In this document: in pieces, positions 9,660 through 21,106 of the stretch | Layout: each line of letters starts with the position of its first letter | How positions within the stretch are numbered: the stretch's first letter is position 1 | From: an uncultured Candidatus Saccharibacteria bacterium | GTDB lineage: Bacteria; Patescibacteriota; Saccharimonadia; Saccharimonadales; JAGQNJ01 | Direction: 5' to 3' | DNA: 64,000 nt | NCBI GenBank assembly: GCA_964565615.1 | Contig: CAZMFO010000003.1 | Coordinates: 2,197-66,196, forward strand | Made by a program: the position numbers and the translations under genes | The notes under the pieces: generated by a model | What the model was told of the DNA's origin: nothing | Database searches by the model: none | Seen by the model: only the letters and a program-made list of their open reading frames with translations

Positions 9660-11441
9660 ATGTTGCGTCGATTATCGTTCCTTGTTATTGGTGTCCTGTT
9701 GCTTCTTACATCACAAACCAAAACAGTGTCGGCTGATGTTAACGATTTTACCATTAACAGTTTTAAGGCAGACTATTATCTTAGTAAAGACGATCAGAAT
9801 GTCAGTACTTTAAGTGTTTCAGAAACAATAGAAGCTCAATTCCCAGCCGAAGACCAGAATCATGGAATAGAAAGAGCCATACCGCAAACTTACAAAAATA
9901 ACTCTCTAGATATTTCTGTGCAGAGCGTAACAGATGCATCTGGTCAAGGATTAAACTATACGAGTCGATCAGATAACGACAATCTCATTCTTAGAATTGG
10001 CGATGCCGACCGATATGTCCATAGCACACAAACCTACATCATAAAGTATGAGTTAAGAAATGTTATAACCTTTTACGAAGATCATGATGAGTGGTATTGG
10101 GATGTCAATGGCGACCAATGGCGACAACCGATGAGTTCTGTATCAGCTAAAATACGATTTAGTGATAACATTGCTAGCCAACTAAATCCAGAAAAAAAGT
10201 GCTTCTCTGGTGTATTTGGCTCCTCAGAAAGTAACTGCCGATTTACGGATAGTGCAACCGCTAATGAAATTGAGCTCAATTCAACCGCCCAGCTTAGCGC
10301 CAATGAAAACTTAAGTTTCGTACTTAGCTTTAAGCCAAAAACTTTTTCGCCTGCACCATTTAACTGGAAACGAATTGTATTAATTGCCTTATTTGTTTTT
10401 GGATGTTTTGTACTGCCTCCAATTATCACCTTAGTAGTAATGCTTAAACGCTGGCTCAAATCCGGACGAGACCCAAAAGGCAAGTCAATCATTATTCCTC
10501 AATATCTACCCCCGAAAAATGACAGCGTACTGGTCAGCGATGTTGTTCTAAAGCAAGAAATGCGACCTTTGGCAATTAGCGCCAGTATTGTTGCTCTTTG
10601 CATAAATGGTTATCTAAAAATCCATGAGGTAGAAATCGACCAACTCATCGGCAAAAAATACGAATACGAGCTAGAACTTGCCAAACTACCAACTACACTA
10701 TCCACCGAGCAACAAAAAGTCATCACTATGCTCTTTAGCGAAAATCCTACGATTGGCGATCGTCTTAACCTCTCAAAAAGCAAAAACAAACTATACAAAG
10801 AAGTAATTTCTTTATCACACCTAGCCGAAGAACAGGCAGTTTCTGCTGGTTATTACCCTAAAGCACCAAATAAGGCACAAAAAGAATATATCACAATTGG
10901 TGTAATTTTGATGGTTCTTGGTTTTGGACTATTGTTTATACCGCCACTGATGTTCTCGACCGCTGGTCTTGGACTATCTGGCTTTATTATTCTCGGTTTT
11001 GCCAAGATAATGCCTGCTAGGTCGCCAGAAGGAGTAGTGGCACTTGAATATCTACGAGGCCTAGAGCAATATATGAAGTTAGCCGAAGCCGATAGAATTA
11101 AAACACTCCAATCAATCGCTGGAGCCGAAAAGATTAAGCTAAATACATCTGACAATTCTCAATTAGTTAAGCTTTACGAAAAGCTCTTGCCTTACGCCAT
11201 CCTCTTTGGGATAGAAAAATCATGGTCTATGCAAATGGCTAGTTTATACCAACAGCCACCGGACTGGTATCACAGCTCAAGAGCTTTCAATGCTGGTTTA
11301 TTTAGTGGAGCTATAGGACAAGTCAATGCTTCGGCCATTGGTAGCTTTTCTGCGCCTAGTAGTTCTGGCTCAAGTGGTTTTTCTGGAGGTGGTGGGTTTT
11401 CGGGTGGTGGCGGAGGAGGTGGAGGAGGTGGTGGCTGGTAG
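9660..11441 (+). CDS. DUF2207-type membrane protein with poly-Gly C-terminus
   Basis: 593 aa with a signal peptide, an extracellular N-domain, several TM helices and a GGGGFSGGGGGGGGGGGW tail, the architecture characteristic of DUF2207. Confidence 0.75.
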   Translation: MLRRLSFLVIGVLLLLTSQTKTVSADVNDFTINSFKADYYLSKDDQNVSTLSVSETIEAQFPAEDQNHGIERAIPQTYKNNSLDISVQSVTDASGQGLNYTSRSDNDNLILRIGDADRYVHSTQTYIIKYELRNVITFYEDHDEWYWDVNGDQWRQPMSSVSAKIRFSDNIASQLNPEKKCFSGVFGSSESNCRFTDSATANEIELNSTAQLSANENLSFVLSFKPKTFSPAPFNWKRIVLIALFVFGCFVLPPIITLVVMLKRWLKSGRDPKGKSIIIPQYLPPKNDSVLVSDVVLKQEMRPLAISASIVALCINGYLKIHEVEIDQLIGKKYEYELELAKLPTTLSTEQQKVITMLFSENPTIGDRLNLSKSKNKLYKEVISLSHLAEEQAVSAGYYPKAPNKAQKEYITIGVILMVLGFGLLFIPPLMFSTAGLGLSGFIILGFAKIMPARSPEGVVALEYLRGLEQYMKLAEADRIKTLQSIAGAEKIKLNTSDNSQLVKLYEKLLPYAILFGIEKSWSMQMASLYQQPPDWYHSSRAFNAGLFSGAIGQVNASAIGSFSAPSSSGSSGFSGGGGFSGGGGGGGGGGGW

Positions 11442-11499
11442 CCATTGACATAAGCCAAATCATCGTATAACCTAGAATATAGATAAACAACAATAAAAA

Positions 11500-12063
11500 A
11501 TGACAAAGAAACAAGCAGAAAGCAAAAGATTAAAGACATCCATTTTACGGATTACAAAACTAGGGTTTGCTTTTGTGTTTATTTATGCAATCTCAACTTT
11601 GGTTTACAAACTATGGGGTCTATTGACGCCAGAAATACTAATGCAACGCTGGATAGTCACATTACTCGTTTTAAGCGTTGTTTCTGTACTTTGGTGGCAT
11701 AGTAAAGGCAAAATGCTAACAGCAACTTACTACAAAGGGTTAATTATGCTCCAAATTCTGATGTACCTTGCTGTTGCGGCCTATAGCATTTATTCCGAAA
11801 GAGGTATGGCTAGCAACTCTGTTGTCCTCTTTACAATTCCAATTGTTATCGTAGCACTAGAATACAATGGTAAAGCTCTGTTATCTACAACAGCTTTGAG
11901 TATCTTAGTTTATTCATCGGCATCTATTAAATACTTTAAAGATTATCCAAGCGAGGGTTATAAGGTTGAGCTTTATGGCGGGTTATTTTTCTATGCTTCT
12001 ATTCTACTACTGGTTGCTGGTTTATTATGGGTCTTGATGCGATCAAAAAAGGTTGCTAGATAA
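11500..12063 (+). CDS. polytopic membrane protein, unknown function
   Basis: 187-aa ORF with about 5 hydrophobic helices. Confidence 0.5.
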   Translation: MTKKQAESKRLKTSILRITKLGFAFVFIYAISTLVYKLWGLLTPEILMQRWIVTLLVLSVVSVLWWHSKGKMLTATYYKGLIMLQILMYLAVAAYSIYSERGMASNSVVLFTIPIVIVALEYNGKALLSTTALSILVYSSASIKYFKDYPSEGYKVELYGGLFFYASILLLVAGLLWVLMRSKKVAR

Positions 12064-12148
12064 ATGTAAACTTTACAATTGTTTTGCAGTTATGCTTATT
12101 ATGTAGTAAAGTAGATGGTGTACTTATTAAAATAAAGAGGAGATTACT

Positions 12149-12481
12149 ATGGACGATTCTCAACTACCGGGAGCACAACCACAAGCTGATCAAAGCCAAA
12201 GTTCTGCACCTGACGATTCATCAACAGCACCAACAATGGATGCTCCAACAATGGAACCAACACCGACTCCTGTCACACCGACAGAGCCAGTAGCAGGGGG
12301 TGAAACCGAACAGCCAGCCTCAAATGACAACCCCGTAACAGATGGAACGACATCTGATTTAGGTACAGCACCCGAATCTACAACTGCCGATTTAGGTGCT
12401 TCTGGGACAGCCACAGAAGAAACTCCCCAACCGCCAGCAGATAACACTATGCCTCCAGTAGATAGCACCAACTCTCTATAG
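12149..12481 (+). CDS. acidic P/T/S-rich low-complexity protein
   Basis: Strong RBS (AAAGAGGAG) 7 nt upstream of the ATG and followed by a clean terminator. Composition is biased, with no recognisable domain. Confidence 0.45.
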   Translation: MDDSQLPGAQPQADQSQSSAPDDSSTAPTMDAPTMEPTPTPVTPTEPVAGGETEQPASNDNPVTDGTTSDLGTAPESTTADLGASGTATEETPQPPADNTMPPVDSTNSL

Positions 12482-12494
12482 AAAGGACTAACGA

Positions 12495-12532
12495 AAAAAC
12501 ACCAGTCAGATCATATTTGTCTGGTGTTTTTT
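12495..12532 (+). terminator. rho-independent terminator
   Basis: AAAAACACCAG / CTGGTGTTTTT stem with a U-tract immediately after the 12149-12481 ORF. Confidence 0.7.
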
Positions 12533-12545
12533 AAAAGGTGGGTTT

Positions 12546-12926
12546 ATGTTTCGGGTTAGCAAATCAGAATTTGAAGAATTAATTAATAGAGCTTTAGATA
12601 CTCTTCCTAGCAAGTATATTAGTCGATTAAATAATGTAGCTATTATTATTGAAGACCAGCCCACTCCCGCACAAAGGGACCAACTTCATTTACACAACAA
12701 CCAAACTCTCTTTGGCTTGTATCAAGGTATTCCGCTAACAAAACGAGGATCCAACTATAACTTAGTTCTACCAGATATTATCACCATATTCCAACACCCC
12801 ATAGAAGCAAACGCAAACGACTATGACTCATTAAGAGAATCTATTCGCCACACCCTGTGGCACGAGATAGCTCATTATTTTGGGCTAGATCATCAGCGGA
12901 TTTACGAACTCGATGGGATGAAGTAA
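12546..12926 (+). CDS. zincin-like metallopeptidase family protein (DUF1025-type)
   Basis: 126 aa with C-terminal HEIAHYFG (HExxH) in the context typical of this small metallopeptidase family. Confidence 0.75.
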   Translation: MFRVSKSEFEELINRALDTLPSKYISRLNNVAIIIEDQPTPAQRDQLHLHNNQTLFGLYQGIPLTKRGSNYNLVLPDIITIFQHPIEANANDYDSLRESIRHTLWHEIAHYFGLDHQRIYELDGMK

Positions 12927-13005
12927 TCATTACGGATTGTTTCAAATACAACCTCTTTTTAATATAACAATGCCAATCTTACTTAAATAAGGTTACAATA
13001 ATTGT

Positions 13006-16000
13006 GTGAGCCTATTTAGTGAACAATATAAGAAGCTAAACCCTGAACAACGACAAGCAGTTGATACAATAGATGGCCCTGTTTTAGTTGTGGCTGGGCC
13101 GGGTACCGGCAAAACCCAGTTACTTAGTATGCGCGTCGCCAATATACTCAAGAAGACTGATGTTGACCCTAATAATATTCTATGCTTGACCTACACAAAT
13201 AAGGCATCAATAAATATGCGTGAGCGTATCCTTGAGCTGACAAATGGTGAAGCCCGCAATGTTATGGTAAAAACTTTTCATAGTTTTTGTGCCGAACTGA
13301 TGAATACTTACCCAAACCACTTTTGGAACGGTGCCAAGCTCACAACCGCACCAGATGTTATACAGGACGATATTATTCAAACGGTGCTAAAATCACTGCC
13401 CTTTAGTGATCCATTGGCTCTAAAGTTTGCTGGTCAATATACTGCAATCAATGACATCAAAGACGCCCTACGCTTGTCTAAGGAGGCTGGTTTGACCCCA
13501 AGCAAACTACAAGCCATTATTCAGGCAAATCTCGCCTATATTGACATAATAGAACCGACGATAATAGATTTACTGGATGCTCCGTTAAGCTACAAAAAGT
13601 TAGCTTCTTTAATTGATGGGATTGATTCATTACCAGAGCAGGGGATTGACAAATCAATGTCGCCCCTCCAGAGCTTAACCAGTGTCCTAAAAGAGAGTCT
13701 GCGTTTTACCCTATCAAAAGACGAAAACACCAACAAAACTACCAATACAGGTAAATGGAAGCAAGAGATAATCCAAAATCGTGAGGGGCTTAAGGGTATG
13801 TACAAAGAGCGAGATCGCAACCTTTGGTGGCTATCTTTGTCCAATGTTTATCAACTCTACCGCAAAGAATTGCATAGCAGAAACTTCTACGATTACTCAG
13901 ATATGCTAGTTGAGGTTATCTCTGCCTTAGAGCAAAATCCTGGATTACGCTCTGATATTCAAGAACAATATCAATATGTCTTAATTGATGAGTTTCAAGA
14001 TACCAACTCGGCACAAATGCGTTTGGCTCATTTAGTTGCCGAACACGAATCAAATGTCGGTAAGCCAAACATTATGGCTGTTGGTGATGACGATCAATCC
14101 ATTTTTAAGTTCAACGGTGCCGAACTAGCAAATATGCTAACCTTTAAAAAAGATTACCCCACAGCAAAGATAATCGTTTTGTCAAAAAATTATCGTTCTA
14201 CTCAACCAATTTTAGATACTGCCGAAAAGATAATAACCCAAGCATCGGATCGGCTCATCTTACGAGACCCATCTATAAACAAACACCTTGTAGCGGTTAC
14301 CGCCGAAAATACCGACGGATTGATAACTCATCAGATTTATTTAGATCAGGATCACCAATATCTGGAAGTCTGTAATCAGATAAAAAACAAGTTAAAAGCA
14401 GGCCCTGCCAAGCAAAGTATAGCAGTTTTGGCCCGTAACCATGAGAGCCTACGACGCATTTCTGCTAGATTAGTGTCGTTAGATATTCCTGTGTCATATA
14501 GTGAACAAAACAACATTCTAGAACATCAATTAGTCAACACCACTTATCAAATCGCCAAGGTTATACTAGCTATCGTAAAGGGTGATGTTGAACAATCTAA
14601 TTACTTATTATCTATCATTTTGCGTCATCCGATGTGGGAGTTAGACGCCAAAGAGCTGTGGAATCTAGCCATAAACAACCAACACAAATCTTGGATGCAA
14701 GGTTTACTTGACTTACCTCCAAAAAGCCAGCTAAAAAGTATAGCAAAGTGGCTTAACTGGTTATCAACCATCTCCACCACCGAACCATTAAGAGTCATTA
14801 TTGAGCATATTATAGGTATACGAGCCGGCAAACACTTAACCTCACCACTGCATCAATGGACAATTGATAAATCAAATACCGCCAACAACTATATTTATGG
14901 GCTATCAGCTTTAAGACTACTATTGACACTAGTAGATGAATATTCTAGATATTCTAGTGGTAGGCTAGAGGACTTTGTAAATTATGTAGAGTCAGCCATC
15001 GAATCAAAACAAATCATAGCTGACGAAACACCTCTCATAACAGGCGACTTTGCTGTTGAACTTTTAACTGTCCATAAAGCTAAAGGCTTAGAGTTTGATA
15101 CTGTATATTTAGTTGACGCCGTTGATGATTATTGGAAGCCCCGTCATAAAAGCAGAAAACCACCTGCTAACCTACCACTCCAACCCGCTTTTGACGACAC
15201 CGACGACTATATTCGGCTGATGTATGTAGTTGCTACCCGCGCCAAACACTCCCTTATCATCAACTCTTACAAAACAGACGCAAAAGGTGGCGAAGTGCTT
15301 TCCACACCGCTAATAAGCAACATCCTAACAGAAGAAATAAAGCAAAAACCCTCCCCAGTAGAGATTACCGAAATGCTTGAGGAGTCTATCACTTGGCCAA
15401 GTCTTTCAATAGCTGATGAAGCCTCCGTGCTTAAACCCCGTTTGCAAGACCTACGGCTGAGCGCCTCTGGTTTGCTTGACTTTTTAGATGTAACAAAGGG
15501 TGGCCCAGCACTCTATAAAGAACAACATATCCTCCGCCTACCGGGTATTACGACAGCAAATATGTCTTTTGGGACTGCCATTCATGACGCTCTAGAATAT
15601 GCACAAATTCTTACCAACAAAGATAATTTTAATCTAACTGAGGTACAAGAACGATACTCCGAAACCCTAACCAAGCTAGGATTGACCAAGAACGAATTAA
15701 ACAGATATCTTACTCATGGGCAAGATCTTCTTTCTAGATTGCTAACAAGTGATACTTTTTGGCTCCCCAAAGGAGCTTTACCAGAGCAGAGCATTAATGA
15801 TGTAGTCCTAAACGATGTCCCTCTCTATGGAAAGCTAGACAGAGTCCAAATTGATAAAAATCAGATAACTGTGGTTGATTATAAAACCGGAACCCCCTTG
15901 GGTAGCTTTTTTACTAAATCTCAAAGTCAAGCGGTCAAAGCTTGGCGACATAGAACTCAATTAGCGTTTTATGCGCTTCTTGTTAAACACTGTGGACGAT

Positions 16001-16227
16001 TTAGTCAACAACAACACATTAAGGGGCAGATGATCTATCTTGAGGCATCCACACCTAACCAATTAATCCGAGAGTATTCTCCCTCTCAAGAAGAGCTTGA
16101 AAGACTAGAACGACTAATAAAAGCTGTCTGGAATAAAATCACCGCTTTGGAGTTTTCTAATACGACTAGTTACGAGGAGTCAATAAATGGCATCACCAAA
16201 TTTGAGGAAGATCTGCTATCAATTTAA
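13006..16227 (+). CDS. UvrD/PcrA/AddA-like SF1 helicase with C-terminal PD-(D/E)XK nuclease domain
   Basis: Walker A VVAGPGTGKTQ, motif II LIDEFQDTN, VGDDDQSIF, KNYRST, TVHKAKGLEFD, YVVATRAK. The C-terminus has GKLDRV...VVDYKTG, a RecB-type nuclease motif. GTG start. Confidence 0.85.
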   Translation: MSLFSEQYKKLNPEQRQAVDTIDGPVLVVAGPGTGKTQLLSMRVANILKKTDVDPNNILCLTYTNKASINMRERILELTNGEARNVMVKTFHSFCAELMNTYPNHFWNGAKLTTAPDVIQDDIIQTVLKSLPFSDPLALKFAGQYTAINDIKDALRLSKEAGLTPSKLQAIIQANLAYIDIIEPTIIDLLDAPLSYKKLASLIDGIDSLPEQGIDKSMSPLQSLTSVLKESLRFTLSKDENTNKTTNTGKWKQEIIQNREGLKGMYKERDRNLWWLSLSNVYQLYRKELHSRNFYDYSDMLVEVISALEQNPGLRSDIQEQYQYVLIDEFQDTNSAQMRLAHLVAEHESNVGKPNIMAVGDDDQSIFKFNGAELANMLTFKKDYPTAKIIVLSKNYRSTQPILDTAEKIITQASDRLILRDPSINKHLVAVTAENTDGLITHQIYLDQDHQYLEVCNQIKNKLKAGPAKQSIAVLARNHESLRRISARLVSLDIPVSYSEQNNILEHQLVNTTYQIAKVILAIVKGDVEQSNYLLSIILRHPMWELDAKELWNLAINNQHKSWMQGLLDLPPKSQLKSIAKWLNWLSTISTTEPLRVIIEHIIGIRAGKHLTSPLHQWTIDKSNTANNYIYGLSALRLLLTLVDEYSRYSSGRLEDFVNYVESAIESKQIIADETPLITGDFAVELLTVHKAKGLEFDTVYLVDAVDDYWKPRHKSRKPPANLPLQPAFDDTDDYIRLMYVVATRAKHSLIINSYKTDAKGGEVLSTPLISNILTEEIKQKPSPVEITEMLEESITWPSLSIADEASVLKPRLQDLRLSASGLLDFLDVTKGGPALYKEQHILRLPGITTANMSFGTAIHDALEYAQILTNKDNFNLTEVQERYSETLTKLGLTKNELNRYLTHGQDLLSRLLTSDTFWLPKGALPEQSINDVVLNDVPLYGKLDRVQIDKNQITVVDYKTGTPLGSFFTKSQSQAVKAWRHRTQLAFYALLVKHCGRFSQQQHIKGQMIYLEASTPNQLIREYSPSQEELERLERLIKAVWNKITALEFSNTTSYEESINGITKFEEDLLSI

Positions 16228-16242
16228 TGTATACTAAAACTT

Positions 16243-17019
16243 ATGAACACAATAGACAACACACCCTACATTTCAAACCCATTTAAAGTCATTTTTAAAG
16301 GTTTTGCGCAATTAATTATGTACAACCAGAACCTATCTATTATTATCTTAATAGCTTCGTATGTTCTTTATGGCTGGTCGTATCTTTACCCAGAACAATC
16401 TAATGTAAGCACCTCACCACCAATTACCGAGTCTCAGGGAGCAATCTTGTTAATAATAATTGCAATTACAGTTCTCGTTATTGTTCCACTGTATTGCTTT
16501 ATCACAGTTATGCTAAGCGGAATTACCGCCTATACTATACTTAAAACAAACAGGCAAGAGACGACAACATTCAAAGAAGCATGGAAGGCCACTTTAAGCA
16601 AGTTTTGGACACTATTATACCTAGATATAATTATATTCTTTAAAGTACTGGGAGGCCTGCTATTATTTATCATTCCCGGTATCCGTGCGGCACTGCGATA
16701 TAATCTGGCACATATACTAGTATTTGATAAGAACTTAAGTGCCAAAGAGTCTGCCAAAATGAGCAAAGAACTAAGTAAGGGACACTTAATAGAAATTTTT
16801 GGAATAATGTTTGCCTCTGGCCTAATACCTATAGTTGGCAGTTTGATGACAATGGGCGGAATTAGCGTAGCATACTCTCAACTAACACGACTGCATACTG
16901 ATTCTTCGTATCAAAAAACTGATGTTCATTGGCTAAATTATCTTGGAATTATCCTAATTGGATTACTGTTACTGATTATGGTATTGATGATTCTAGCAAT
17001 TGCAATAACAAGACTATAA
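16243..17019 (+). CDS. polytopic membrane protein, unknown function
   Basis: 258-aa ORF with about 6 hydrophobic helices. Confidence 0.55.
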   Translation: MNTIDNTPYISNPFKVIFKGFAQLIMYNQNLSIIILIASYVLYGWSYLYPEQSNVSTSPPITESQGAILLIIIAITVLVIVPLYCFITVMLSGITAYTILKTNRQETTTFKEAWKATLSKFWTLLYLDIIIFFKVLGGLLLFIIPGIRAALRYNLAHILVFDKNLSAKESAKMSKELSKGHLIEIFGIMFASGLIPIVGSLMTMGGISVAYSQLTRLHTDSSYQKTDVHWLNYLGIILIGLLLLIMVLMILAIAITRL

Positions 17020-17055
17020 AAATCACCCCGCAGGTAGTCTGACAAGGTGATTTTT
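17018..17055. terminator. bidirectional rho-independent terminator between convergent genes
   Basis: AAAAATCACC ... GGTGATTTTT stem flanked by an A-run and a T-run. Confidence 0.6.
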
Positions 17056-17070
17056 ATTAACTGTGATTTG

Positions 17071-17799
17071 TTATCTTTTTTTTGTAGCAGTTGACTTTTT
17101 CTTAGAGCTTTTGGTAGATACGGTAACTTTTGAAGGAATATGACGGCGTTCGGTAGAAACTTTAATAGCAAACGATTCCCCTGCAAACATCATTGCATAA
17201 AGGTTTACACCTATGATACCGCCCACTAACGGAGCTACGAAATACTCAACCCCCCAAGACTGAATGCCTAGCGCTACGGCAGGATTAAGTACTCCATTTG
17301 AAATAGCAGTTGCCACAAGAGCACCTAAAAACAATGATCCACCAATTGTAAAGGCTAGTTTACCACCTTCGTACTTTTGATAAACTGCCGAGCTAATCCC
17401 AAAAGTAAATACTATTACCCCTATCATCTCTGCCAGAAAAACTCGCCAATCAAGGCTTTTGCTACCAATACTTGGAATAGTACTGTTAATAAAATAGGTA
17501 TAGAGTTTCCATGCGAGAATTGCGCCTATAAATTGAGAAACAATATACAAAATACCCTTGAGTGTTCCAATTTTTTTAACAGACCAAAGTCCTAGCGTAA
17601 CTGCTGGATTAATGTGTGCTCCAGAAGTTGAACCAATTGCTAACACGATAATTGCCAAAGTTAAACCAGCCCCCAACGCAACAAAATATGGTATTCCTAT
17701 TGGCGATTTACTTACAGATAATACTGCAAAAGTTAATAAAAATGTCCCGATAAGCTCTGCTACCAATGGTGCAAGCATTTTGCGACTTAATAACATCAT
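17071..17799 (-). CDS. MIP-family channel (aquaporin/glycerol facilitator)
   Basis: Two NPA boxes (HINPAVTLG and LNPAVALG) and six TM segments. Confidence 0.9.
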   Translation of the reverse strand: MMLLSRKMLAPLVAELIGTFLLTFAVLSVSKSPIGIPYFVALGAGLTLAIIVLAIGSTSGAHINPAVTLGLWSVKKIGTLKGILYIVSQFIGAILAWKLYTYFINSTIPSIGSKSLDWRVFLAEMIGVIVFTFGISSAVYQKYEGGKLAFTIGGSLFLGALVATAISNGVLNPAVALGIQSWGVEYFVAPLVGGIIGVNLYAMMFAGESFAIKVSTERRHIPSKVTVSTKSSKKKSTATKKR

Positions 17800-17882
17800 T
17801 GTCCTCCTTAATTTGTTATTACTTTAAAGAGTAGTATAGAGGTATTTAAAAATCAATAGCTTGTGTGTAAATTACACCAACT

Positions 17883-18767
17883 CTAGGCAGAGATATTAAT
17901 TTGGTATATTACAGGATTTGGAACCGCAACTACCAGAGCACTAAGCACTGCTTCTCGAGCATGGCGTGCCATTTTTTGTTTGCGATCTGCATCTGGACCG
18001 TCTGATAATAATGCCTCAATCTGGCCCGCAAAACCCTCGTCGTTAACAAACGAATCCTCGCCATTTGTCAACTCGTGTAATGCCGTCTGATCAACGGTTT
18101 TGCCGGGTACATCAACACGAATGATTGTTCGTGCCTTATGCTTGCCATTAAGTTGTTCTATTGCACTACCATCTTCTTCGCCCAATGCATCAAATAGCTT
18201 AGATTCATCCCACTTACCATATCGCTCACTTTCTACGACGCGTCGGGCATTAGCAACCACTTCATCATAAAGCACTTCGTCAAAATCACCACCCAACTCC
18301 GTGCGAGCATACTCTTTGCCGGCATCAAGATTATCGCCACAAATCAGACCCATAACTGCGTTAAATCCACCATTGGCCGCACAGCCTTCATGTCCACCAG
18401 AGTTCACGCCACCATCATTAAGCATTTTTGTCACTTCTGTTATTCTTGTTAATCCTTCGGACTCTTCTGCAAAGTAACTTATCAACTCAGCAATATAAAG
18501 TCCATAAACATTTGCTCCGCCCGGCACAGAATAGCGGGGCTCAACATCTTCTTGGCCATCACGAGTACCAATTCGTTCTCGTTCGTCAACACAAGTGCTT
18601 GAACTATCGCCATCAACAACTCGCAAACTAGCGACCGCATTTTCTGCTTGAGCATCCAGCTCTTCAGCTGTCATCAAATTTGTGCTTGATTCAAATTTTA
18701 ATGGTTGATCACTAATCCTTATGTCATAAGGCATTTTTTTAGTTTCCATTGCGGGTTCTCTTTCCAT
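17883..18767 (-). CDS. acidic cytoplasmic protein, unknown function
   Basis: 294-aa ORF with no TM segment. Conserved-looking Cys/His patches (CVDER, GGHEGCAANGG) but no family recognised. Confidence 0.5.
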   Translation of the reverse strand: MEREPAMETKKMPYDIRISDQPLKFESSTNLMTAEELDAQAENAVASLRVVDGDSSSTCVDERERIGTRDGQEDVEPRYSVPGGANVYGLYIAELISYFAEESEGLTRITEVTKMLNDGGVNSGGHEGCAANGGFNAVMGLICGDNLDAGKEYARTELGGDFDEVLYDEVVANARRVVESERYGKWDESKLFDALGEEDGSAIEQLNGKHKARTIIRVDVPGKTVDQTALHELTNGEDSFVNDEGFAGQIEALLSDGPDADRKQKMARHAREAVLSALVVAVPNPVIYQINISA

Positions 18768-18877
18768 TTATTACTTTCTATTAATTAACAAACAGATTTT
18801 ATCATACACCCTTGATGATTATTTTCAACCCTAAAATGTGAGTATTATCACATTTTTTGACATTATGGTGAGTCATA

Positions 18878-19171
18878 ATGACCAGTATGGAACGAAACGG
18901 ATTTGAGCTAGATATTTCAAGCGAACAGGCTAACAGAACTCATATTAAATTTTTAACAGCGCCTGACTATCCAGAACAAATATCACCAATTGAAGAAGCA
19001 TGGAGAGAAATTAAAGAATCCAAGCCAAACCTAAGGCACGAATTCGCCAGAATCGCTACCGAGTATGGAGGCTCTGATCCAGAGCTTCGCGCTTGGGTCA
19101 CAAAATGTATGCTAACTTTGTATGTCGTATTAAAGGAAGCCAATGACTCCTCACGCAGTGCTTCATATTAG
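18878..19171 (+). CDS. hypothetical protein
   Basis: 97-aa ORF divergent from 17883-18767. No recognisable motif. Confidence 0.4.
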   Translation: MTSMERNGFELDISSEQANRTHIKFLTAPDYPEQISPIEEAWREIKESKPNLRHEFARIATEYGGSDPELRAWVTKCMLTLYVVLKEANDSSRSASY

Positions 19172-19196
19172 ATGACAACTAAGAGCTGAGCTACCC

Positions 19197-19631
19197 TTAG
19201 CCTTGCCTTCGGTGTCGTCGATTCTTTAATTCTGATACTTTAAGTCTGATACTTGTGCGATCTATTAAAGATTGAGCATGATCAAGAGAAATCTGATCTT
19301 TGGCGTCTCTTAGTAGTTTCTTAGCCTCTTCTTGAGCCTGTCGAGCTTCTTGCTCGTTAATCTCATCTGGGTCATCTGCCTCATCTACCAATACATTTAT
19401 TATGTTATCTGTTATTTCGATTACCCCACCATTAGTAGCAAAAATATCCATAAAATCATCTGGATCAGTAGATTTGTTGCGAACTTTAATTATGCCCGGG
19501 GATGCCAAGCTGATTAACGATGCATGGTTCTGAAAAACGGCTATTTGCCCTTGCGGAGTTGGCAATAGTGCCTCATATACATCATTGTAAGATTTTGTAC
19601 CATTGAGAGTAACCATGTTGAGACTTAACAT
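19197..19631 (-). CDS. atpC: F1 ATP synthase subunit epsilon
   Basis: Last position in the atp operon. N-terminal beta-sandwich-like region plus a C-terminal charged helical hairpin (EQEARQAQEEAKKLL). Confidence 0.85.
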   Translation of the reverse strand: MLSLNMVTLNGTKSYNDVYEALLPTPQGQIAVFQNHASLISLASPGIIKVRNKSTDPDDFMDIFATNGGVIEITDNIINVLVDEADDPDEINEQEARQAQEEAKKLLRDAKDQISLDHAQSLIDRTSIRLKVSELKNRRHRRQG

Positions 19632-19689
19632 ACTGATTTCTCCGACACTGGTAAATATAGGCAGTCGCTTCTAGGACAAAACATCTTGA

Positions 19690-21078
<1,389 letters not shown>

Positions 21079-21106
21079 TTATTAACTTAACTACTGATAT
21101 TTATCA

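Noticed and set aside
11270-11539. Antisense ORF encoding a poly-proline run (PPPPPPPPPPPPEN), and the GGN-rich tract at about 11380-11441 as a possible simple repeat or slippage site.
   Set aside because: It is the reverse complement of the poly-Gly tail of the DUF2207 protein, a normal feature of that family. The codons are mixed GGT/GGA/GGC rather than a homopolymer, so phase variation is unlikely.
12084-12471. Alternative-frame ORFs 12084-12293 (+) and 12190-12471 (-) over the P/T-rich gene.
   Set aside because: Low-complexity DNA is open in several frames. Only 12149-12481 has a strong RBS and a terminator.
17377-17827. Plus-strand ORFs 17377-17595 and 17558-17827 opposite the aquaporin gene.
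   Set aside because: The minus-strand frame contains both NPA boxes and six TM helices. The plus-strand frames are shadows.
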